DNA of 64,000 bases, from contig CAVSLV010000001.1 of the NCBI GenBank assembly GCA_963728915.1, forward strand, positions 800,001 through 864,000, read 5' to 3'. Below the pieces are notes generated by a model. It made no database searches. It worked only from the letters and a program-made list of their open reading frames with translations, and was not told where the DNA came from. This document shows positions 57,330 to 64,000 of this stretch, piece by piece. Source of the stretch: an uncultured Gemmatimonadales bacterium. Its GTDB lineage: Bacteria > Gemmatimonadota > Gemmatimonadetes > Gemmatimonadales > GWC2-71-9. The position numbers were made by a program, and so were the translations under genes. Numbering within the stretch: the stretch's first letter is position 1; each line of letters begins with the position of its first letter.

Positions 57330-58018
57330 ACCGGCCGGTGCTGCAGGCTTGCGGCCTCCAGAAGACCTATCTCGGCGGCGACGGTGGGGTCATCGAGGTA
57401 CTGCGGGGTCTTGATTTGGCGGTCGAGACCGGCGAGTTCGTCGCGGTCACCGGCGAGAGCGGCTCGGGGAAGAGCACCCTCCTGCATCTGCTTGGGGGAT
57501 TGGACCGGCCCAGCAGGGGCACGGTGCGGCTCGATGGAGTAGACTACGATCAGCTGGACGCGGCCGCCCTGGCGCGCCTCCGCAACGCGAAGATGGGGTT
57601 CGTGTTTCAATTTCACCATCTGTTGCGCGATTTCAGTGCGCTGGAGAATGTCGCGATGCCGCTTTTGATCGCGGGAGAAGCGCCCAGCGCGGCCCACGCC
57701 AGGGCGCAGGAGTTGCTGCAAGCGGTGGGACTGGGAGGCCGGCTCAGTCACCTGCCGGCCCAGTTGTCCGGCGGCGAGCAGCAGCGCACCGCGGTGGCCC
57801 GGGCGCTCGTCACCAATCCGGTGGTCGTGCTCGCCGACGAGCCTTCCGGCAATCTCGATGAGGGAAACGCGGCCCACCTCCACGGGCTGTTCGCGGGCCT
57901 GGCGCGGGAATTCCAGACTGCGGTGGTGGTGGTGACGCACAATCGCGCGCTGGCCGGATTGGCGGACCGCGTGCTCAGTTTGAGCGAAGGAGTCCTGGCG
58001 GAGATGGTGCCCCGATGA
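57326..58018 (+). CDS. lolD: Lipoprotein-releasing ABC ATPase
   Basis: GESGSGKST, GFVFQFHHLL, LSGGEQQR, LADEP. Confidence 0.92.
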   Translation: MNRPVLQACGLQKTYLGGDGGVIEVLRGLDLAVETGEFVAVTGESGSGKSTLLHLLGGLDRPSRGTVRLDGVDYDQLDAAALARLRNAKMGFVFQFHHLLRDFSALENVAMPLLIAGEAPSAAHARAQELLQAVGLGGRLSHLPAQLSGGEQQRTAVARALVTNPVVVLADEPSGNLDEGNAAHLHGLFAGLAREFQTAVVVVTHNRALAGLADRVLSLSEGVLAEMVPR

Positions 58019-58521
58019 AATGCAGCAACTGTGGCGAGCGGGAAGGGGTGGTCAACCTGACCCAGATCGAGGACGGTGAAGTCCGAACCGGGAGCCTCTG
58101 CGCCGAGTGCGCCAAGGCCAAAGGGATCGAAACCGGGCTCGAGCTGGCCGCCACTCCGCTGGGTGGGTTTCTCTCCACGCTGGGCGAAGGGATCGACGCG
58201 GGTGGGTCACCCGACCTCCTCACCGACGCGCGTTGTGGAAGCTGCGGGGCGACCCTGAAGGATTTCCGGGAAACCGGCCGGCTGGGTTGTTCCGAGTGCT
58301 ACCAGACGTTCTACGCCCCTCTCCGGGACCTGCTGCGACGAATTCACGGGTCGACGCATCACACCGGCGTGCGGCACGACGGTGAGCTTCCCCCGGAGCC
58401 GCCCCGATCCCCGAAGGACACGAGCCTGGCCCATCTCCGGGAAGAGCTCCGCCGCGCCATTGAAGCCGAACAATTCGAGCGCGCCGCCGAGCTGCGCGAC
58501 CGGCTGCGAGAGCAGGAATGA
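58015..58521 (+). CDS. mcsA: McsA protein-arginine kinase activator
   Basis: Four CxxC motifs, GRLGCSECY, C-terminal UVR motif EQFERAAELRD. Confidence 0.92.
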   Translation: MKCSNCGEREGVVNLTQIEDGEVRTGSLCAECAKAKGIETGLELAATPLGGFLSTLGEGIDAGGSPDLLTDARCGSCGATLKDFRETGRLGCSECYQTFYAPLRDLLRRIHGSTHHTGVRHDGELPPEPPRSPKDTSLAHLREELRRAIEAEQFERAAELRDRLREQE

Positions 58522-59639
58522 TCGACCTCTCCCTGGTCCCCGACGACGGCATGGCCTGGCTCGAAGCCAGCGGCCCCTCCAGCCACCTGGTGATCTCGAC
58601 CCGCATCCGGCTCGCGCGGAACCTCCGCCACCACCGCTTCGCGACCCGGAACGACCCCGCCGAGCGCGGGGAAATTCTGGGCGAGGTGGAGCGGGCCGCG
58701 GCGACGACCCGCGGCTTCGGGCACGCGGCCCGGTTCCAGCTCGACACCATGGAGCGGGGCGATCGCGAGCTGCTCCATGAGCGGCACCTGGTGAGCCGTG
58801 AACTCGCGGCGGCGGAGCCGGGAGGCCGGCCTCGCCAGGGCGGCGCCCTCCTGGTTCAGGATGATGCGAGCGTCATGGTGAACGAAGAAGATCACCTCCG
58901 GCTCCAGGCCCTGCGCTCGGGGTTTGCGCTGGAGAGCACCTGGGAGCGCGTGGCGGGCCTGGATCGTGAATTGGGCAGCCAACTTCCCTATGCGTTTCAC
59001 CCGGAGTTCGGTTACCTTACCAGTTGTCCGACCAATGTCGGAACCGGGCTCCGAGCCTCGGTGCTGGTCCACCTTCCCGGGCTCGTCCTCACCAAGGAGA
59101 TCACCAGGATTCTGCAAGGTCTCACGCAAGTGGGCCTCACCTTTCGGGGACTGTACGGGGAGGGCAGCGAGGTGGTCGGCAATCTGTTCCAGTTGTCGAA
59201 CCAGACCACGCTGGGCAAATCGGAGCGGGAGCTGCTGGACCAGCTCGGCAAGCTGGTGCGGCGGGTTATGGAGCACGAGGAGCGGGCGCGCCAGGTGCTG
59301 CTGCGCGACGCCACCTCGATCCTGGAGGACAAGGTCTGGCGGGCCTACGGTCTGTTGCGCTACGCCCGGACCCTGTCCTTCGACGAGACGATGAATCTCC
59401 TGAGCGGGGTTCGGCTCGGCGTCGGACTCAAGCTGATTCCGGACGTCGGGCTGTACACGCTGAACCGTCTGCTCATCTTCACCCAGCCCGCCCACCTTGC
59501 CGCCCTGCAGGGCCGGGTGCTTTCCGAGAGCGAGGTCCCGGTTCAACGCGCCGCCTATGTCCGGCGTCTACTGGATGAGGAGCTTCGTCGCGGCCGGCCC
59601 TCCGCCGGCAACGACGAGACCGACGAGGGAGCACGATGA
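58518..59639 (+). CDS. mcsB: Protein arginine kinase
   Basis: STRIRLARN, NEEDHLR, YLTSCPTNVGTGLRAS, SNQTTLG. Confidence 0.95.
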   Translation: MIDLSLVPDDGMAWLEASGPSSHLVISTRIRLARNLRHHRFATRNDPAERGEILGEVERAAATTRGFGHAARFQLDTMERGDRELLHERHLVSRELAAAEPGGRPRQGGALLVQDDASVMVNEEDHLRLQALRSGFALESTWERVAGLDRELGSQLPYAFHPEFGYLTSCPTNVGTGLRASVLVHLPGLVLTKEITRILQGLTQVGLTFRGLYGEGSEVVGNLFQLSNQTTLGKSERELLDQLGKLVRRVMEHEERARQVLLRDATSILEDKVWRAYGLLRYARTLSFDETMNLLSGVRLGVGLKLIPDVGLYTLNRLLIFTQPAHLAALQGRVLSESEVPVQRAAYVRRLLDEELRRGRPSAGNDETDEGAR

Positions 59640-62110
59640 ACGGCTACAACTTCACCGACCGGGTTCGTAAGGTCCTCCAGATGGCGCGCGAGGAGGCCGC
59701 CCGGCTCCATCACGAATACGTGGGGACCGAGCACATCCTCCTCGGCCTGATCCGCGAAGGCGAAGGGGTCGCCGCGGCGGTGCTCACCAATCTGAACGTC
59801 GATCTCGACGACATTCAGCAGAAGATCGAAGAGACCGTCAAGAAGGGGAAGGCCGCCGCCCAGCCGGGGCCCGATCTCCCCTATACCTCCCGGGCCAAGA
59901 AGGTGCTGGAGCTCGCCATGACCGAGGCCCGCGAGCTCAATCATTCCTACGTCGGCACCGAGCATCTGCTCCTGGGCCTGCTGCGGGAAGAGAAGGGCAT
60001 TGCGGCCCAGGTGCTGACCGACGCCGGGGTCACCCTGGAGCAGTCCCGGGCCGAGACCCTGCGGCTCCTGGGCAGCGACCTGCCTCAGCAGGCCGCCAGC
60101 GCCGCGACGCCGGCCCCGCCCGCCTCGGCCCCCAAGTCGGAAAAGAAATCCAAGACGCCCGCGCTGGATCACTTCTGCCGGGATCTGACCCAGCTCGCCG
60201 CCGAGGGCCAGCTCGACCCCACGATCGGACGGACCAAGGAGATCCAGCGGGTTATGGAGATCCTGGCCCGGCGCAAGAAGAACAACCCGGTGCTGATCGG
60301 CGAGCCGGGCGTCGGCAAGACCGCGATCGTCGAAGGCCTCGCCCTGCTGATCGCCAGCGGCCAGTGCCCCGACGTGCTGCGGGATCACCGGGTCCTGTCG
60401 CTCGACATGGCGGCGGTGATCGCGGGCACCAAGTATCGGGGCCAGTTCGAGGAGCGGCTCAAGGCGGTGATGAACGAAATTGCCCAGAACAAGAACGTGG
60501 TGCTCTTCATCGACGAGCTCCACACCCTGGTCGGCGCCGGCGCCGCGGAGGGGGCGATCGACGCCTCCAACATGCTGAAGCCCGCGCTCGCCCGCGGTGA
60601 GCTCCAGTGCGTCGGCGCGTCCACCTTGAACGAGTACCGCAAGTACATCGAGAAGGACGGCGCCCTGGAGCGCCGGTTCCAGGCGGTAATCGTGGATCCG
60701 CCCTCGGTGGACGAGACCATCGAGATCCTCAAGGGGCTCCGCAAGAAATACGAGGAGCATCATCGGATCTCGATTCCCGATCCGTCGATTCGGGCCGCCG
60801 CCGAGCTGTCCGACCGCTACATCACCGACCGGTTCCTACCCGACAAGGCGATCGACGTGATCGACGAAGCAGGGGCCCGGGCCCGGCTCGCCTCCCAGGC
60901 GCCTCCGGCGGAGATCGCCGCCCTCAAGGCCGACCTCGAGAAGGTGACCCAGGACAAGGAAGCCGCGGTCCGCGACCAGAACTTCGAGCGCGCTGCCGCG
61001 CTGCGGGACAACGAGCGCGACCTCCAGAACCGGATCCGCCTGAGCCAGGAGGAATGGGAACGGGAGCGCCAGACCCGCCGCCCGGTGATCGACGAGGAAG
61101 CCGTCGCCTTCATCGTGTCCCGGTGGACCGGCATTCCGCTCACCCGGCTCCAGGAAGCGGAAACCGCCCGCCTCATCCGCATGGAAGAGGAGATCCACCA
61201 GTCGGTGATCGGCCAGGACGAGGCGATCGCCACGGTGGCCCGCGCCATCCGGCGGAGCCGGGCCGGCCTCAAGGACCCCAATCGCCCGATCGGCTCGTTC
61301 ATCTTCAGCGGACCCACCGGGGTCGGGAAGACCGAGCTGGCACGGGCGCTGGCCAAATTCCTCTTTGCCGACCCCCAGGCGCTGATCCGGGTCGACATGT
61401 CCGAGTACATGGAGAAATTCTCGGTCTCGCGCCTGATCGGGGCGCCCCCGGGCTATGTGGGCTACGAGGACAGTGGGACGCTCACCAAGGCGGTGCGCCG
61501 CAAGCCCTACTCGGTGGTGCTGCTCGATGAGATCGAGAAGGCCCATCCCGACGTGTTCAATATCCTGCTCCAGGTCCTCGACGAGGGGCACCTCACCGAC
61601 AACTACGGCCGGGTCATCGACTTCAAGAACACCGTGGTGATCATGACCTCGAACGTCGGCGCCCGCGACATCACCCAGTCCAAATCGCTCGGGTTCCACA
61701 CCGGTGACCGGAGCCAGTCGTTCGACCGGATCGCCGAGACGGTCAAGGAAGAGATCGGGAAGGTCTTCAATCCCGAATTCCTGAACCGTCTGGACGACAT
61801 CATCGTCTTCCATCCGCTGGACAAGGGACACATCGGCCAGATCGTCGGGGTGTTGCTCAAGGAGGTGCAGCGCCGCATCGGCGACGAGGTGAAGCTCACC
61901 CCTGCCGCGACCGACTTCCTGGTCAAACACGGGTACGATCAGACCTATGGGGCCCGGCCCCTCAAGCGGGCAATCCAGAAGTACATCGAGGACCCGTTGA
62001 GCGAGAAGATCCTGGTGGGCGAGTTCACCCGGGGCGAGGAGATCGAGGTCGATGTCTCTCCCGAAGGGGACAAGCTGACCTTCCGGGCGTTGAGCGGTAC
62101 CCGGGCCTGA
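59636..62110 (+). CDS. clpC: ATP-dependent Clp protease ATPase ClpC
   Basis: Two Clp-N repeats, [11 protein letters not shown] middle domain, GPTGVGKT. Confidence 0.96.
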   Translation: MNGYNFTDRVRKVLQMAREEAARLHHEYVGTEHILLGLIREGEGVAAAVLTNLNVDLDDIQQKIEETVKKGKAAAQPGPDLPYTSRAKKVLELAMTEARELNHSYVGTEHLLLGLLREEKGIAAQVLTDAGVTLEQSRAETLRLLGSDLPQQAASAATPAPPASAPKSEKKSKTPALDHFCRDLTQLAAEGQLDPTIGRTKEIQRVMEILARRKKNNPVLIGEPGVGKTAIVEGLALLIASGQCPDVLRDHRVLSLDMAAVIAGTKYRGQFEERLKAVMNEIAQNKNVVLFIDELHTLVGAGAAEGAIDASNMLKPALARGELQCVGASTLNEYRKYIEKDGALERRFQAVIVDPPSVDETIEILKGLRKKYEEHHRISIPDPSIRAAAELSDRYITDRFLPDKAIDVIDEAGARARLASQAPPAEIAALKADLEKVTQDKEAAVRDQNFERAAALRDNERDLQNRIRLSQEEWERERQTRRPVIDEEAVAFIVSRWTGIPLTRLQEAETARLIRMEEEIHQSVIGQDEAIATVARAIRRSRAGLKDPNRPIGSFIFSGPTGVGKTELARALAKFLFADPQALIRVDMSEYMEKFSVSRLIGAPPGYVGYEDSGTLTKAVRRKPYSVVLLDEIEKAHPDVFNILLQVLDEGHLTDNYGRVIDFKNTVVIMTSNVGARDITQSKSLGFHTGDRSQSFDRIAETVKEEIGKVFNPEFLNRLDDIIVFHPLDKGHIGQIVGVLLKEVQRRIGDEVKLTPAATDFLVKHGYDQTYGARPLKRAIQKYIEDPLSEKILVGEFTRGEEIEVDVSPEGDKLTFRALSGTRA

Positions 62111-62144
62111 TCCGAACCTCTCCCTGCCTTCCGACTTCCGCCCG

Positions 62145-64000
62145 ATGTTGAACCTCTGGTCGTGGGGCCGCCGGATGCAACCCGCGGCGCTGGCGCTGGG
62201 CGGCCTGCTGATCGGGCGGCTTCCCGCGGCGGCGCAGCAAGGCGCGCCTCCGCCTCCGCCGAGCATCGACAGTCTCGCGGTGGAAGGCGCGGTCAGGAAC
62301 TCAGCCCAGCAGATCATCTCGGTCTCCGGCCTCCAGCGGAACCAGCCGGCCACCTACCGTTCGGTCCAGCGCGCCATCCAGAACCTGTTCGCCTCCGGCC
62401 AGTTCGACGATGTCCGGATCGACCAGCGACAGGCCAACGGCAAGTTCGTCCTCACCGTCGTCGTCAAGGAGCGTCCGCTCCTGCAGAAGTGGACCCTGAA
62501 AGGCGTCGAGGCCGTGGACGAGGGGACGGTGCGCCGGCGCATCTCGGTTCCCGAGGGCAGGCCGCTCGACCGGAACGCGATCCAGCGTTCGGTGCACGCG
62601 GTCGATTCGCTGTATCGCAAACGGGGCTACTACGCCTCCAAGGTCCAGGTGACCGAGCTTCCCCAGTCGGGGAATCAGGTACGGCTGATCTTCGACGTGA
62701 ACCCGGGACCCCGGGTCGTCGTCAGCCAGATCGACTTCGAAGGCAACACCGCGCTCTCCGATCAGGAGATCGTGAAAGGCATGGCCACCAAGCCGGAGGG
62801 GTTCTGGTGGTTCCGCAAGGGGGAATACCTCGAGGACCGGCTGGAAGACGATCTCCGCAGCACCATCCCGGCCTGGTACGCCGATCGGGGGTACCTCGAC
62901 TTCCGCATTCTCCGCGACACCCTGATCGCCGACAGCATTCCGGGCAAGGGCATCATTCGTATCGCGGTGGATGAAGGCGTGCAATACAAAGTGGGTCGCT
63001 TCGAAATCACCGGAAACCGGCGATTCTCCAACGAAGAGCTGAGCGGCTATCTCACCTTCGGGACCGGCGTAGTGGCCGGATCGGGCCAGGATATCGGGGT
63101 GCCGTTCGACCGGGGCGCCTGGTCGGCCGCGACCGAAAAGGTGAGCAACCTCTACGGGAACTACGGCTACATCCTCGCCAACGTGGTGCCGGAAGAAACC
63201 CGCCGGGTTGGTCCGGATAGCACTGCCTACGTGGACCTCCGGTGGAACATCCGGGAGGGCCAGCCGGCCACGGTCAACAAGATCATCATCCTGGGGAATG
63301 ACGTCACCCATGAGCGGGTCATTCGCGAGGCCATCGTGATGCTGCCCGGGCAGACCTTCAATCGCGAGGCGATGATCCGTTCGTATCAGAACATCTCGAA
63401 CCTGAATTTTTTCCAGCAACCGCTCCCGCCGCCGGACATGCGGGCCGCGGAAAATGGCGTGGACGTGGATGTCGTGTTTCGAGTGGTCGAGAAGCGGACC
63501 GGCAACATCAACTTCGGCGCTTCGGTCGGGCAGGGCGTCGGAGTCGGCGGCTTTATCGGCCTGGAGGAGCCCAACCTCTTCGGACGGGCCAAGCAGGGCC
63601 GGCTCCAGTGGCAGTTCGGGCGGAACATCAACGACTTCAATCTGAGCTACACCGACCCGGCCATCCTCGAAAGCACCGTCTCGGGAACCATGACCGTCTT
63701 CAATTCCCGGCGGCGCTATACCATCGGCGACCTCGGCCGCCAGCGGAGCCGCGGGTTCCAGTCGCAGATCGGGTTCCGCCTCTTCGGGTCGCGCTACACG
63801 CGAGCGTATCTCACCGGCGGGGTCCAGCAGATCACCTACAGCGATGCCCAACCCGACCTGGCGGCCCAGTTCGTCTGTGACAACTGCACCCGGGCCTCGA
63901 TGGGGGTGAGCCTGGCCCGGGATACCCGGATTGGGCTGCCCTTCGCGGTGGCCGGCTCGTCGATGAACCTGAGTGTGGAACAGAACGGTGGGCCGCTCGG
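62145..64000 (+). CDS. bamA: Outer membrane protein assembly factor BamA (3' partial)
   Basis: Open frame to window end; POTRA repeats (IDSLAVEG...AIQNLFASGQFDDV; IIILGNDVTHERVIRE), NLFGRA; start 62145 or 62175. Confidence 0.9.
   Translation, partial: MLNLWSWGRRMQPAALALGGLLIGRLPAAAQQGAPPPPPSIDSLAVEGAVRNSAQQIISVSGLQRNQPATYRSVQRAIQNLFASGQFDDVRIDQRQANGKFVLTVVVKERPLLQKWTLKGVEAVDEGTVRRRISVPEGRPLDRNAIQRSVHAVDSLYRKRGYYASKVQVTELPQSGNQVRLIFDVNPGPRVVVSQIDFEGNTALSDQEIVKGMATKPEGFWWFRKGEYLEDRLEDDLRSTIPAWYADRGYLDFRILRDTLIADSIPGKGIIRIAVDEGVQYKVGRFEITGNRRFSNEELSGYLTFGTGVVAGSGQDIGVPFDRGAWSAATEKVSNLYGNYGYILANVVPEETRRVGPDSTAYVDLRWNIREGQPATVNKIIILGNDVTHERVIREAIVMLPGQTFNREAMIRSYQNISNLNFFQQPLPPPDMRAAENGVDVDVVFRVVEKRTGNINFGASVGQGVGVGGFIGLEEPNLFGRAKQGRLQWQFGRNINDFNLSYTDPAILESTVSGTMTVFNSRRRYTIGDLGRQRSRGFQSQIGFRLFGSRYTRAYLTGGVQQITYSDAQPDLAAQFVCDNCTRASMGVSLARDTRIGLPFAVAGSSMNLSVEQNGGPL

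Overview
High-GC bacterial chromosome segment. Gene content and a complete 16S gene suggest Gemmatimonadota (from recall, not a database search). Order: rph-rdgB-aldolase-tRNA-Pro, a CHAD gene, tRNA-Arg-hppD-hmgA, a VapBC module, an HTH-EIIA(Ntr) fusion leading a six-gene Ehr (hydrogenase-4-like, Ni-less) membrane complex, an ECF sigma/Ser-Thr kinase-TPR pair, a tRNA-less 16S-23S-5S operon, and a ~3.5 kb patch of decayed or frameshifted genes that includes a lasso-like precursor remnant. Then come amidohydrolase-DDAH-cysteine synthase, treZ-glgE-maltokinase-glgB, TetR, PadR/orphan permease, DoxX-like, S10 peptidase, a Tat beta-propeller hydrolase, an ion channel, and a housekeeping run (era, cax, trm112-like, GGDEF, zinc ribbon, prfB, lysS, lolCE/D, mcsA-mcsB-clpC, partial bamA). 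The most unusual signal is four genes whose family-typical N-termini begin at near-cognate codons (ACG twice, ATA, CTG), each placed behind a Shine-Dalgarno or in a 4-nt stop/start overlap. Several leaderless-type promoters are also present. The window contains several single-base indels, so assembly error is a real alternative for some observations. No CRISPR array, transposase or integrase was seen.
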